A stretch of 23,874 bases of DNA. Origin: Candidatus Fraserbacteria bacterium (lineage in GTDB: Bacteria > Bipolaricaulota > Bipolaricaulia > RBG-16-55-9). The stretch covers positions 1-23,874 of the forward strand of contig JBBIPG010000034.1 in the NCBI GenBank assembly GCA_037442925.1, written 5' to 3'. Under the pieces are notes generated by a model. The model worked only from the letters and a program-made list of their open reading frames with translations. It had not been told where the DNA came from and did no database searches. Both the position numbers and the translations under genes were made by a program. This document shows, piece after piece, positions 7,090-17,257 of this stretch (the stretch's first letter is position 1; each line of letters begins with the position of its first letter).

Positions 7090-8418
7090 TCAGGGGGCAA
7101 CTTTATCTAGCGTGCTCTCCAGCACATCCAGCCCCTCGTCCAGCTCCTCATCGCTCATGACGAGTGGGATGAGCATGCGGATCACGTTGCCGTAGAGGCC
7201 GGCCTTGGCGAAGATCACGCCCTGCTTGAGTGCTCCGTGAATGATCTCTACGGTTTCCTCACTGGCGGGTTCCTTCGTCTCGTGGTCTCGCACGAGCTCG
7301 ATGGCTTGCATGGCTCCTATGCCGCGCACATCCCCGATGAGTTCGTAGTTCTTTTGCATCTGCTGGAAGCGCTCCTCTAAGTGGGCTCCCAACTGCTCTG
7401 CGCGCTTAAGAAGATCTTCTTCCTCAATCACGTCGAGTACAGCAATACCTGCGGCGCAAGCCACGGGGTTGCCCACGTATGTGCCCCCGATGGCGCTGTC
7501 TGGCACCGTGTCCACCACATCCGCGGCGCCCAAGACGCCGCTGAGAGGCAGGCCCGAAGCAAGAGATTTGCCGATGCAGATGAGATCCGGTTCGATGCCG
7601 AAATGCTCACAGGCAAAGAATCTTCCGGTGCGTCCGATCCCGGATTGGATCTCATCGGCGACCAGCACGATCTCATGCTCATGGCAGAACTTCCGCAAGC
7701 GAGCCAGGAATCCCTCGGAGGGCACGACGAACCCCCCTTCTCCTTGAATGGGCTCTACCACGACCGCGGCAATCTCTTCCGGAGCTACGAGGGACTTGAC
7801 GTGTCTCTCCCATGTGGAGAAACTCATGGGGTTGCGATAGGGATTGGGAAAGGGGACGCGATAGATATCGGCAGCGAAGGGGCCGAAGTGGGCTTTGTAG
7901 GGTGTGGCCTTGTGAGTCATGGTCATGGTGAGGAGCGTCCGTCCGTGGAAGGCCCCTTCGAAGACGATGATGGCGCGGCGTTTGGTGTAGTAGCGGGCGA
8001 TCTTAACTGCGTTTTCTACTGCTTCCGCTCCGCTATTGAAGAAGGCGACCTTCTTGGGGCGATTCCCTGGGGCATACAACACCAAGCGCTCGGCCAGCTC
8101 GACGTACGGCTCGTACATGACGACGCTACAGTCGGTGTGGATGAATCGTTCGGCTTGTGCGCGAATGGCGCGCACGACCTTAGGATGGTTATGGCCGACA
8201 TTGAGGCATCCCCACCCTCCGGTGAAATCGAGATACTCGTTCCCATCTACATCTTTGATGAGTGCACCTTGGCTTTCTGCAATGTAGAACGGGACCAGAG
8301 GCGATACCGCCTGGGCCACGACCTCCTCTTTTCGGCGGGCCAGAGCCTTGGATTTGGGACCGATCTCCTTTGTGGCTTGTCGTTTCATTTCCCCCTTGTG
8401 AACGACCGAGCTTTTCAT
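7090..8418 (-). CDS. gabT: 4-aminobutyrate aminotransferase-like class III PLP enzyme
   Basis: NSGAEAVENAVK, AFHGRT, EPIQGEGG, ADEIQSGIGRTG, GKSLASG and GGTYVGNP motifs. ATG 8418 follows an AAGGAG SD. Confidence 0.85.
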   Translation of the reverse strand: MKSSVVHKGEMKRQATKEIGPKSKALARRKEEVVAQAVSPLVPFYIAESQGALIKDVDGNEYLDFTGGWGCLNVGHNHPKVVRAIRAQAERFIHTDCSVVMYEPYVELAERLVLYAPGNRPKKVAFFNSGAEAVENAVKIARYYTKRRAIIVFEGAFHGRTLLTMTMTHKATPYKAHFGPFAADIYRVPFPNPYRNPMSFSTWERHVKSLVAPEEIAAVVVEPIQGEGGFVVPSEGFLARLRKFCHEHEIVLVADEIQSGIGRTGRFFACEHFGIEPDLICIGKSLASGLPLSGVLGAADVVDTVPDSAIGGTYVGNPVACAAGIAVLDVIEEEDLLKRAEQLGAHLEERFQQMQKNYELIGDVRGIGAMQAIELVRDHETKEPASEETVEIIHGALKQGVIFAKAGLYGNVIRMLIPLVMSDEELDEGLDVLESTLDKVAP

Positions 8419-8567
8419 GACGATCTCCTTTCGTGGATCATTGCGATGGTGACTCCTGATGCTAGCATATTCGTGAGCCTTTCGGCAATGACCGTAATCA
8501 GACAAAGCTTGAGAACGGGAAGAATCTTTGAGTAAGATGTGTGAGGCAGACAGGGGAGTGTATCGTC

Positions 8568-8936
8568 GTGCAACGAGAGCTATTAAAATCGAAAATCCAT
8601 CGCGCACACATTACGGGCAAGAACGTCGACTACGAGGGCAGCCTTACCATTGATCGGCAGCTCATGGACGCTGCGGGGATTCATGACTACGAAAAGGTGC
8701 AAGTGGTCAACGTTCACAATGGATCTCGGTTAGAGACGTACGCCATCCCCGGACGAGCCGGTTCCGGTGAAGTGATCTTAAACGGTGCAGCCGCGCGCTG
8801 GGGCGAGATCGGCGACCCCGTGATCATTCTCACCTTTGCTCAGGTCGAAGAGCGTGAGCTTCCATCCTTCCGACCCAGCATCGTCTGGGTAGATGAGCAG
8901 AATCGCATTACCGCCAAAGAGCCGAGTCTCCGCTAA
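8568..8936 (+). CDS. panD: aspartate 1-decarboxylase
   Basis: [15 protein letters not shown] self-cleavage site, [17 protein letters not shown] start follows a GGGGAG SD. Confidence 0.95.
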   Translation: MQRELLKSKIHRAHITGKNVDYEGSLTIDRQLMDAAGIHDYEKVQVVNVHNGSRLETYAIPGRAGSGEVILNGAAARWGEIGDPVIILTFAQVEERELPSFRPSIVWVDEQNRITAKEPSLR

Positions 8937-10699
8937 CTGTGAGCTGCTCTTTTCCGCGCAACCGCTATCAGAGTGAGCACCACAGCCAACCACATGGGGA
9001 GACTGCGAAGCAGATCGGCTTGCCCGCCAAACCACGTGTTGTTCGAACGAATCTCTTCCAACACGGTGCGCTCTGGATCGATGGTCACGCTCTGTAGGGG
9101 CGAAGCTCCTTCTACAATGAACTGTTTTGTGGTCTCTTGCCCATCCCACTCCAGTTTCTGGCTCACTCCTTGGGAATCTATGAGCTGTATGACGACGGGC
9201 ATAGTCGCTTCACCCGTTCGCTGAAGGGTGATGGCATCTTGGTAGCGTCCGTCTGTCTGAGAAAGAGTGCGGACTTCCGAGATAGAAAAATCGAGCGTCT
9301 TTGTGGTTCGTAGCCATTGGTCAAAAAACCAATCCAACTCTTGCTGGCTGATGTCTTCAGCTAACAAAGTGAAATCGCTTGTTGTGACGTTTTGAAACTG
9401 AAACCGTGCGTAGTATTCGCGAAGAAGTTGCTCAAACTTCTCTTTGCCCACTAATCCGCGCAGCATCCACAAGATCCCTGAGCCCTTGGTATAGACGGCA
9501 GCGGCGTAGTTCGACAGCGAAGTATATTCAGAAGCGGGTTGCAGGACGATCTCGCCTGGTTCGTGGTAACGTAGTGAGCTACGGGCAAAATCCTCGGCGT
9601 AGCCCAGCCGCTCCATGAGATAGCGCTCTTCGGAGTAGGTTGTAAACCCCTCGTCGAGCCAAGCTTCATTGAATTCATCATTGCCCACGGCTGCATACCA
9701 CCACTGATGTGCGACTTCGTGGGCAATCTCTCGATCACTGCCAAAGCCGATCATGATGATGCTGGGGTACTCCATGCCGCCCCCGGCTTCCACTTGAGCG
9801 ATCGTGAATACAGAATACGCATATGGGCCAAATTGTTCGCTGTAAAATTGGAGTGCGGTCAGTCCCCGCTCTGCCAAGGCGAATTGATCCAGATAGAGCG
9901 CTCTTACTGTGATGCCCTCCCACTCCAGCTCTTTCACTTGATAGCGTGCGCTCGCCACCCAAGCGAAGTCGTGAACATCTTCGGCAAAGAAGCTGAGCGT
10001 CTTTTTCAGTGAACCGGCTACCTCAAACTCCAGCTTGCCCGTAGCCCCCACTTGAAAAGACGTGGGCACGGTCAGCTCGACGAGGTAATCTGCGAAATCG
10101 CCGTAGAATTCTCCGATGTAGCTATATGGCTCCAGATGCCAGCCCGCTTCATCGTACACGGCCAACTTCGGGTACCAGAGTGAGATGGTGTACACACCGT
10201 TGCGATGGCCGCTACGAATCGCCAGGACGGCTGCCATCCTCCCCTCGAACGGAACTTCCATAAGATCGTAGATAAACTCGATGGTGAGCTTGATCTCAGC
10301 GTCATTGACTAGTGGTTCCGGCAGGCGCACTTTCAGGAGGGTGTCTTGCACGGAGAAGTCGAGAGATCGAGAGTTGCTGGTGATACTCAAGATTTGTATG
10401 AACGCATCGTCGTTCGGGTTCGCATAGATGCGATTGAGGTCGCGGATTCCTGCTATGCTCTGGAGATCGCGTTGATATTGGCTATTGGAGTTTCGTTTGA
10501 AGGCGTTGGGATAGACGTGGAAATAGAGTTCGTTCAGAGTTTGTCCCGTCCGGTTGGTGATCTGGATCGTTTCGCTCCCCGTGATGACGTTCTTCTGCGT
10601 GTCGAGTTCGGCGTCGATCGAGTATCGAACTTCGCTGGGCAGGCCATAGGCAGTCAGAGGAACCAGCAGAATGCCTATACTGGCGATGAGCGTTCTCAT
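8933..10699 (-). CDS. M1 family metallopeptidase, exported, with C-terminal membrane anchor
   Basis: Signal peptide; [14 protein letters not shown]...WLDEG zinc motif; hydrophobic C-terminus followed by RKR. Confidence 0.9.
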   Translation of the reverse strand: MRTLIASIGILLVPLTAYGLPSEVRYSIDAELDTQKNVITGSETIQITNRTGQTLNELYFHVYPNAFKRNSNSQYQRDLQSIAGIRDLNRIYANPNDDAFIQILSITSNSRSLDFSVQDTLLKVRLPEPLVNDAEIKLTIEFIYDLMEVPFEGRMAAVLAIRSGHRNGVYTISLWYPKLAVYDEAGWHLEPYSYIGEFYGDFADYLVELTVPTSFQVGATGKLEFEVAGSLKKTLSFFAEDVHDFAWVASARYQVKELEWEGITVRALYLDQFALAERGLTALQFYSEQFGPYAYSVFTIAQVEAGGGMEYPSIIMIGFGSDREIAHEVAHQWWYAAVGNDEFNEAWLDEGFTTYSEERYLMERLGYAEDFARSSLRYHEPGEIVLQPASEYTSLSNYAAAVYTKGSGILWMLRGLVGKEKFEQLLREYYARFQFQNVTTSDFTLLAEDISQQELDWFFDQWLRTTKTLDFSISEVRTLSQTDGRYQDAITLQRTGEATMPVVIQLIDSQGVSQKLEWDGQETTKQFIVEGASPLQSVTIDPERTVLEEIRSNNTWFGGQADLLRSLPMWLAVVLTLIAVARKRAAHS

Positions 10700-10802
10700 A
10701 GCGGCCTATTCTAATCAAGGTCAGGGTATGGCCGCAATCGAGGTGAGTCATTCGCGCGGACCTGGGACGATCAGCTAGAATGGCCTGCTGAGGGGGAACG
10801 GA

Positions 10803-12110
10803 ATGCAGGCAGTGGTTTTGGCAGCAGGGGAGTCCTCGCGCTTCTGGCCGCTGTGCGAGGGCACTCATAAGAGTCTCTTCCGGCTGATGGGAAAGCCATT
10901 GATTCAGTGGACGCTCGAGGCTGTTAAGCGAGCAGGCATAGAAGAAGCGATCATAGTCCAGTCTCCGACGAAAGCGATCCAACAGGCACTTAAAGACGTC
11001 TCGCTCAATCTGAAGATGCGCTATATTGTGCAAGAGCAGCCCAAGGGGATGGGAAATGCGCTGCTTGCGGCCAAGAGGGAGCTGGACGAACGGTTCTTCC
11101 TCTTGCATGCTCATGAATTCACAGCAGATCGCTGGATTGGGCTCATCCGTGCGAAGAGTCGTAAGACCGGGGTGAAGACAGTCCTAGCAGGCCAGAGAAC
11201 ACAAGAGCCCTGGAAGTATGGCATGCTGGAACTTAAGGGTGATCGAGTGATAGACATTGTCGAGAAACCCGATCCCAATAAATCCCCCAGCAATATCCGT
11301 GCCCTGGGAATTTATTTATTGTCTCATGAATTCTTGGATGATCTCGCGCAGGTAGCCGAGCAGCCCTACGCGTATGAAGAAGCGTTGGGGCGCCACATGA
11401 GTGAACACGACGTGCGAGTAGTGATGGGAGATGAGGCAAGTCCATCACTCAAGTATCCGTGGGATCTCTTCGCTGCAACACGTCTACTGATGGATGAACA
11501 TCTTAAGGCGTTTCGGGCGCCCACAGCGAGAATCAGTCCGCTGGCTCATATTGAGGGGAAAGTCCACATCGGCGAACGGGTCAAGATCCACGAGTATGCT
11601 GTGATCAAAGGGCCTTGCTATATCGGGAATGACTGTGTGATCGGGACGCACTCGCTGGTTCGAGAGTACACAGATCTTGAGGAAGGAGTTGTGATTGGCG
11701 CGTTTGCTGAGGTAGCACGTTGTCTCTTCCAAGAAGGTGCGAGCACGCATGCCGGTTATTTTGGAGATTCCATCTTTGACCGTGGGGCGCGCGCCGGGGC
11801 GGGGACGGTCACGGCCAACGTGAAAGTGCATCGAGATGAGATCCGGCCCACTGTGAGGGGCGAGCGTGTATCCACGCGGTTGCGCTCGCTGGGTGCGATA
11901 GTCGGAGCCGATACGCAGTTGGGTATCTCTGTCATGACAATGCCGGGGGTGCTGATTGGCGCGCGCTCGTTCGTCGCTCCCGGCATCGTTGTAGATGAGA
12001 ATGTGCCCTCGGATACGCGGGTGTCTTTGAAGCAAGAGCGCGTAGCGAAGAGGAAAAAGGAGCGCCGCCAACGGCCTTCTCCCGTTGACAGAGACGAAGG
12101 GATCTGCTAG
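10803..12110 (+). CDS. GlmU-like bifunctional sugar-1-phosphate nucleotidylyltransferase/acetyltransferase
   Basis: LAAGESSRF, EQPKGMGNAL, IVEKP, YPWDL and C-terminal hexapeptide repeats. Confidence 0.85.
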   Translation: MQAVVLAAGESSRFWPLCEGTHKSLFRLMGKPLIQWTLEAVKRAGIEEAIIVQSPTKAIQQALKDVSLNLKMRYIVQEQPKGMGNALLAAKRELDERFFLLHAHEFTADRWIGLIRAKSRKTGVKTVLAGQRTQEPWKYGMLELKGDRVIDIVEKPDPNKSPSNIRALGIYLLSHEFLDDLAQVAEQPYAYEEALGRHMSEHDVRVVMGDEASPSLKYPWDLFAATRLLMDEHLKAFRAPTARISPLAHIEGKVHIGERVKIHEYAVIKGPCYIGNDCVIGTHSLVREYTDLEEGVVIGAFAEVARCLFQEGASTHAGYFGDSIFDRGARAGAGTVTANVKVHRDEIRPTVRGERVSTRLRSLGAIVGADTQLGISVMTMPGVLIGARSFVAPGIVVDENVPSDTRVSLKQERVAKRKKERRQRPSPVDRDEGIC

Positions 12111-12113
12111 AAT
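12085..12113 (+). promoter_or_regulatory. sigma70-type promoter for the hydrolase gene
   Basis: TTGACA, 17 nt, TAGAAT with an extended -10 TG. Confidence 0.65.
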
Positions 12114-12149
12114 CGGCTCACAAACGAAAAATGCGCTTCAGGAGGGGCC

Positions 12150-12935
12150 ATGACGCTCGCAGCTGAGCCCATACGATATCTCGAGCGTGGGCGAGGAGAA
12201 GCGATCGTCTTACTGCATGGGCTCTTTGGAAGCCCCGACAACTGGACCCCGATTCTCGAAGACCTTTCGAACGAATTTCGTCTGTTGGCTCCGCAATTGC
12301 CATTAGACCGTCAGCCGAATCGCCAGCCCCATGCTTTCCAGTCGATCCATCAACTGACGGACTATATCAAAGATTTCTTTGAGTCTGTCGGCATCGAGAG
12401 GGCTACGATTGGGGGCAACTCCCTCGGTGGACAGGTGGCCATCGACTTCTGCCTGAAACACCCAGAACGAGTGGAACGACTCATCATCACGGGAAGCGCG
12501 GGCTTATTTGAACGAAGCTTGAGTGGAGGTAGCATTCCGAAAGTGACGCGAGAGTTCATCCGTGAAAAGGCCTGTGAGATCTTTTACGATCCACGCCACG
12601 TTACGGAGGAACTGATAGAGGAAGTGCTGGAGATGTTGATGGATCGCGCTTATGTCCGCTTCTTGATTCGCGTAGCCAAAGCCACACGCGACTATAACGT
12701 GAAGAGCGAACTGGGAAAAATCAAGATCCCTACTCTCATCATCTGGGGACGGGATGACAAGATCACCCCACCGGTAGTCGCCGAAGAATTCAAAGAACAC
12801 CTCGAGCATGCCCAGTTGGTCTTCCTGGATCGTTGCGGTCATTCGCCGCCCATCGAACAGCCAGCAGCCTTCGCTCGTATCGTACGGGATTTCTTGAGGA
12901 ATCCCGTCGCTTCCCTCTTTAGCCCTTCGGTCTAG
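12150..12935 (+). CDS. alpha/beta fold hydrolase
   Basis: LLHGLFG, GNSLGG nucleophile elbow, WGRDDKITP, CGHSP catalytic His. Confidence 0.92.
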   Translation: MTLAAEPIRYLERGRGEAIVLLHGLFGSPDNWTPILEDLSNEFRLLAPQLPLDRQPNRQPHAFQSIHQLTDYIKDFFESVGIERATIGGNSLGGQVAIDFCLKHPERVERLIITGSAGLFERSLSGGSIPKVTREFIREKACEIFYDPRHVTEELIEEVLEMLMDRAYVRFLIRVAKATRDYNVKSELGKIKIPTLIIWGRDDKITPPVVAEEFKEHLEHAQLVFLDRCGHSPPIEQPAAFARIVRDFLRNPVASLFSPSV

Positions 12936-13050
12936 ACACTGCTCTTGCGTGAGCGGCTCTTTGCGCTATAATGAGCGTGCTCTCGTGGGGGAACCAGCGC
13001 GCTGAGATCCTTCGTGATGGAACCTGTTGTTGCGATGGAGCCATTCTGCC

Positions 13051-14055
13051 ATGGTGAATCATAGTGAAGTTGCCGTTCGAACGGAAGCGTTGACCCGAGT
13101 CTACAAGTCCAAGCGACGCGAAGCCGGCTCTCATAAAGAGATTGTCGCGTTGGATGGCGTAGATCTTGAAATCCGTCGTGGAGAGTTGTTCGGGTTGCTT
13201 GGGCCGAACGGTGCGGGCAAGACTACGCTGATCAAGATTCTCACGACGCTTCTCGCTCCTTCGGGTGGTCGGGCTTGGGTAGCTGGTGTGGATGTCGCCG
13301 AGAACCCCTGGGAAGTGAGGCAGCATATCAACATGGTCTCCGGAGGTGAATCTTCCGGCTATGGGCTTCTCACCGTGGAAGAGAACCTCTGGATGTTCTC
13401 GCAGTTCTACGGGATCGACTCTAAGACGGCACGGCGACGCATCCAGGAGCTTCTCACGGTGGTAGGCCTTTCGGATCGTGCCAAGACGAAGATCTATCAC
13501 CTCTCGACAGGGATGAGGCAGAAGATGAACTTCGCTCGCGGCTTCATCACGGACCCTGAAATCTTATTTTTGGATGAACCCACGCTGGGGCTGGACGTAC
13601 AAACGTCCCGCGTCTTGCGCGCCTTCATCAAAGAATGGGTGCGAGCACGCCCCGAGAAGACGATTCTACTAACCACACACTACATGCAGGAAGCCGATGA
13701 GTTGTGTGATCGGGTGGCCATCATCGACCAGGGGAAGATCTTAGCCTGCGACACTCCAGCCAACTTGAAGAGGCATCTACAGAGGGCATCGCTCTTTCGG
13801 CTTGAGGTCTCCTCGCTGGGTAACCCGACGGATCTCTTTGCTGGACTGAATGGGATCACTCAGTTCGCCCATGTGGAGCGCGATGGCCATACCCAGCTTA
13901 GCTTCATCTTAGAGAACGAACACGCGCTCCTTGGCATCTTGGCGGCAATCGAACGTTCTGGTGTCCACTTGCTCTCACTCGAGAAGCGCGAGCCAACGCT
14001 GGAAGATGTCTTCGTCAGCCTCGTAGGGCACGGGCTGATGGAGGAGACACAATGA
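13051..14055 (+). CDS. ABC-2 exporter ATP-binding protein (DrrA-like)
   Basis: GPNGAGKTT, LSTGM, LFLDEPT and TTHYM motifs; C-terminal EPTLEDVF. Confidence 0.93.
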   Translation: MVNHSEVAVRTEALTRVYKSKRREAGSHKEIVALDGVDLEIRRGELFGLLGPNGAGKTTLIKILTTLLAPSGGRAWVAGVDVAENPWEVRQHINMVSGGESSGYGLLTVEENLWMFSQFYGIDSKTARRRIQELLTVVGLSDRAKTKIYHLSTGMRQKMNFARGFITDPEILFLDEPTLGLDVQTSRVLRAFIKEWVRARPEKTILLTTHYMQEADELCDRVAIIDQGKILACDTPANLKRHLQRASLFRLEVSSLGNPTDLFAGLNGITQFAHVERDGHTQLSFILENEHALLGILAAIERSGVHLLSLEKREPTLEDVFVSLVGHGLMEETQ

Positions 14056-14876
14056 AGCTCAGGCGGGAAGTCGAAGTATTCTTACGAACCGTCAAGGGGC
14101 GGGCGTACCCGCGGATTGTGGGCTTGCAGCGGGAGAAGAGCTGGCTCTTCTTCGATATCGTGTTGCCACTCTTGCAGGTCGCGGCCTTCGTCTTCATCTA
14201 TCGGGCCATTCAAGCTCCTCCGGAGTTTGCGGGTTTTGTGGTGCTGGGGGGTGCGATGGTGGCGTACTGGATGAACGTGCTCTGGAGCATGGCAACCCAG
14301 CTCTACTGGGAGAAGGAGCAGGGGAATCTTGCTCTCTATATCATGGCTCCGACGTCGAGAATGGCGATTCTCTTAGGGATGGCCGTCGGCGGCATTGTAG
14401 CGACCACGTTTCGCGCGGCCGTTGTGATTCTGGTGGGCTCACTGATCTTTCAGGTGAGCTTTACCATCGAGAGAATTCCGGAGCTGATCGGTGTTTTCCT
14501 CTTGACCCTGTTGGCTCTGTATGGCATGGGAATGCTGTTTAGCTCGCTCTTTCTGCTCTATGGGCGTGAGGCTTGGCACATGGCGAACCTGCTCCAAGAG
14601 CCGGTCTTTTTGCTCTCCGGCTTCTATTTCCCCATCAGGAGCTTGGGGTTCTGGACGGCGCTTGGAGCCTCGATCATCCCCAGTACTTTGGGGTTAGATG
14701 CCATGAGGCAGTTGCTCTTCCCCAGTGCTCCTCAGCTGGGATTCTTGGCTGTGGAATATGAGCTGGCCGCTCTCGGAGTTCTCAGTGTTTTCTTCTTATG
14801 GTTTGCTTACTGGGCGTTACGCTATATGGAAGATCTCGCTCGACGCGAAGGACGGCTCACCGTGAGGGGGCAGTGA
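14052..14876 (+). CDS. ABC-2 type permease
   Basis: Six hydrophobic segments, WEKEQGNL motif, LSGFYFP; coupled to the ATPase by an ATGA overlap. Confidence 0.9.
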   Translation: MKLRREVEVFLRTVKGRAYPRIVGLQREKSWLFFDIVLPLLQVAAFVFIYRAIQAPPEFAGFVVLGGAMVAYWMNVLWSMATQLYWEKEQGNLALYIMAPTSRMAILLGMAVGGIVATTFRAAVVILVGSLIFQVSFTIERIPELIGVFLLTLLALYGMGMLFSSLFLLYGREAWHMANLLQEPVFLLSGFYFPIRSLGFWTALGASIIPSTLGLDAMRQLLFPSAPQLGFLAVEYELAALGVLSVFFLWFAYWALRYMEDLARREGRLTVRGQ

Positions 14877-15727
14877 TGAATCATCAGCGGGAAGGCATTC
14901 GCAGTCTGAGGATGTCGACGTGGCTTGGCTGGCGGATCGAGTCCAACTGGACAGATCCGCTGCTGTTCGCGATCTATTCCATTGCCAAGCCCATAGCCGG
15001 GGTGTTGATCCTCGTCTTCATGTACATGGTGGTGGCTCAAGGAGGTTTGAAGAATCCCTTCTTTCCTCAGATCTTCGTGGGCAATGCGTTTTACATCTAT
15101 GTGGGTTCCGTGCTCATGGGAGTGAGCTGGGCCATCATTGATGATCGGGAGCATTATGGGATGCTCAAGTACATATACACGGCACCTCTGAACATCTACT
15201 TTTATGTTCTGGGGCGAGGGGTTGCCAAGACGCTCACAGCCACCGCGGCGGTGCTGATCACGCTGCTATTCGGAATCTTCGTCCTCGGCATCCAGATCGA
15301 TGTGGCTGGCATAGATTGGATTCTGCTTGTGCTCAGTCTCGCCGTGGGGCTTTTGGGACTCGCGTTCATGGGGATCCTGTTGGGGGGCGTATCGCTCGTC
15401 ACGGCGCGGCACAATTACTTCATTGGCGAAGCCGTGGCGGGGGCACTGTATTTTCTGTGTGGTGCGGTATTCCCTATAGATATTCTTCCCAAGGTTCTTC
15501 AACTCTTCGGCCAAGCGTTGCCGCTCACGTATTGGCTGGAGGCGTTGCGTCGAGCGATTCTGGGCCAAGGCAGCAGCCAGCTGTTGGCGTCGCTCTCGAA
15601 CGAAGCGTTGCTAGGAATTCTAGCTGGTTCGACGCTGGCACTGGGGTTCATCTCGGTGGCGTTCTACCGGTGGGCAGAGCATCGTGCTAAGGAGAAGGGC
15701 TTGATCGACATGCAGACGGCGTACTAG
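14876..15727 (+). CDS. ABC-2 type permease (second subunit)
   Basis: DDREHYGML, LCGAVFPI and LPLTYW motifs. A TGATG overlap places the start at 14876. Confidence 0.9.
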   Translation: MNHQREGIRSLRMSTWLGWRIESNWTDPLLFAIYSIAKPIAGVLILVFMYMVVAQGGLKNPFFPQIFVGNAFYIYVGSVLMGVSWAIIDDREHYGMLKYIYTAPLNIYFYVLGRGVAKTLTATAAVLITLLFGIFVLGIQIDVAGIDWILLVLSLAVGLLGLAFMGILLGGVSLVTARHNYFIGEAVAGALYFLCGAVFPIDILPKVLQLFGQALPLTYWLEALRRAILGQGSSQLLASLSNEALLGILAGSTLALGFISVAFYRWAEHRAKEKGLIDMQTAY

Positions 15728-15917
15728 ACTAGTCTCAGGGAGGTTACAATGCTGCCACGGACGATCACGTTGCTCCCATACGCTAAGGCCATCAGTGATA
15801 CAAGCGATATCCAGGATTTCAGCTGGAACCCCAACGCTCAAGGTCTGAAAGAGGGAGAGATCGGTTTCACGATCCGGACCCGGATGGAACAGTCAGTGAC
15901 CATAGCAGTGACGAATG

Positions 15918-15963
15918 CACAAAGACACCCCGCTAGGAGCATTGCACTCGCTAGCGGGGTGTC
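15918..15963 (-). terminator. intrinsic terminator for the cold-shock gene
   Basis: 13-bp perfect stem GACACCCCGCTAG/CTAGCGGGGTGTC (15924-15936/15951-15963), followed by TTTGT on the minus strand. Confidence 0.75.
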
Positions 15964-15984
15964 GATCTCAGGTTTGAGTCGTCG

Positions 15985-16191
15985 TCAGCCTTTGGGGACG
16001 ACGTTGGCCGCGCGCAGGCCCTTAGCGTCTTTCTCGATGTCGAACTCGACAACCTGGCCCTCGCGCAGGGTCTTGTACCCCTCAGCCTTGATGGCAGAGA
16101 AGTGGACGAACACGTCGGGCTCGCCGCTGTCCTGCTCGATGAAGCCGAAGCCCTTGGCGTCGTTAAACCACTTGACCTTCCCAGTGGCCAT
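15985..16191 (-). CDS. cold-shock protein (CspA family)
   Basis: [15 protein letters not shown] (RNP1), DVFVHFSAI (RNP2); AGGAGG SD. Confidence 0.97.
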   Translation of the reverse strand: MATGKVKWFNDAKGFGFIEQDSGEPDVFVHFSAIKAEGYKTLREGQVVEFDIEKDAKGLRAANVVPKG

Positions 16192-16349
16192 CGATAAACC
16201 CTCCTGCGATCTGCGTGGGATTTGACCCTCTGGCTGCTCTACCCACGTGCGACGGGTTTACCGTTGGGCACCCTGGGTGACAAGCCGATGAGTCAGAACT
16301 TGCCGGGTTAGCTATACGCCTTCACCTTCAAGTTGCAGATGTCGCCCAA

Positions 16350-16378
16350 ACTGTAGCATAGATTGAATGTTTTGTCAA
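16350..16378 (-). promoter_or_regulatory. csp promoter giving a ~150-nt 5' UTR
   Basis: TTGACA, 17 nt, TACAGT with an extended -10 TG. Confidence 0.7.
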
Positions 16379-16431
16379 GACCTATGGGCGTTTCTGCTGC
16401 CATAATCTGTAGGAGATGGCGAACGGGGAAG

Positions 16432-17256
16432 TCACGGTCTTTGCGGGCTGCTGCCCCAGCCTAGCTTCTGGGCCATCAGGCGAAAGAAGCCTGGACGCCG
16501 GTGAAGTACCACAATTCGCGTAGAGTGAGAAGAGCGACGGATCTTTAGGCTCGACTCCGGCGTAAGCTCAATCGTCTTGATGCCGTCCACGGTCAGTTGA
16601 CTGGGTAACTGTATCTCCGCCCGTAATTCTACTTGTGCTGGCAGCACCAGCGGCCGTAGACCTAAGGCGTGTACATTGAGTGGTGTGACCAGCATGCACT
16701 CCAGGGCGGGAAGGACGATCGGCCCCCCGGCGGCCAGCGAATACGCGGTGGAACCAGAAGGTGTGGCAATGATCACTCCATCTCCGGGGTAGCGGCTGAT
16801 GAATTCTTTACCCCAATAGAGATCGATTCGGGTGAAATCGCGAACATCGGACCTTGCCAGGACAAGCTCATTTAGCGCACTGAAGTGCTGGTTGTTATAC
16901 TCTGCTTCTAAACGTAGGCGCTCTTCCAGTGCGTATTCTCCGGCGAGCACTTGGTCGAGGGCGGGGATGAGTTCCTGAGCCTGGGTTTGAGTCAAGAAGC
17001 CCAAGCTGCCTACGTTGACACCCAAGATGGGAGTTTCGTAGTCCACTACAAGCTTGGCGGTCTTGAGGAACGTCCCATCGCCTCCGAGTGAGATTGCCAG
17101 AAACCCTCCATCGGGCTCTACGGGCAGTGGGTCCGTCAAGGGAATAGTCCAATGCTTTATACGATGGGCCTTGGCCCACTTCTCAAGCTCCTGGACTACT
17201 GTGGGCACCTCAGGTTTATGCGGATGAAAGACGGCAATGATCTTCTTTGGGTACAT
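16432..17256 (-). CDS. nadK: NAD(+) kinase
   Basis: GGDGT, GSLGFL, ALNE and GDGVIIATPSGSTAYSLAAGG motifs. Confidence 0.95.
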   Translation of the reverse strand: MYPKKIIAVFHPHKPEVPTVVQELEKWAKAHRIKHWTIPLTDPLPVEPDGGFLAISLGGDGTFLKTAKLVVDYETPILGVNVGSLGFLTQTQAQELIPALDQVLAGEYALEERLRLEAEYNNQHFSALNELVLARSDVRDFTRIDLYWGKEFISRYPGDGVIIATPSGSTAYSLAAGGPIVLPALECMLVTPLNVHALGLRPLVLPAQVELRAEIQLPSQLTVDGIKTIELTPESSLKIRRSSHSTRIVVLHRRPGFFRLMAQKLGWGSSPQRP

Positions 17257-17257
17257 G

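Larger units (their letters stand above)
15749..16225 (+). other. ORF with strong RBS; possible truncated gene (first ~57 codons unique, the rest antisense to csp)
   Basis: GGAGG, 5 nt, ATG directly after the ABC operon; no stop codon before the csp terminator. Confidence 0.35.

Noticed and set aside
6912..7100. 62-aa minus-strand ORF and a TATAAT at 6980-6985 between corA and gabT
   Set aside because: No RBS, it overlaps both flanking genes, and the -35 is weak.
7381..8535. 384-aa + strand ORF
   Set aside because: Antisense shadow of the aminotransferase; no motifs.
12980..13040. TPP-riboswitch-like words (GGGG, GCTGAGAT, GAACCTG, GCG) upstream of the ABC exporter
   Set aside because: The P5 stem-loop is missing, P2/P3 pair poorly, and the downstream genes are not thiamine-related.
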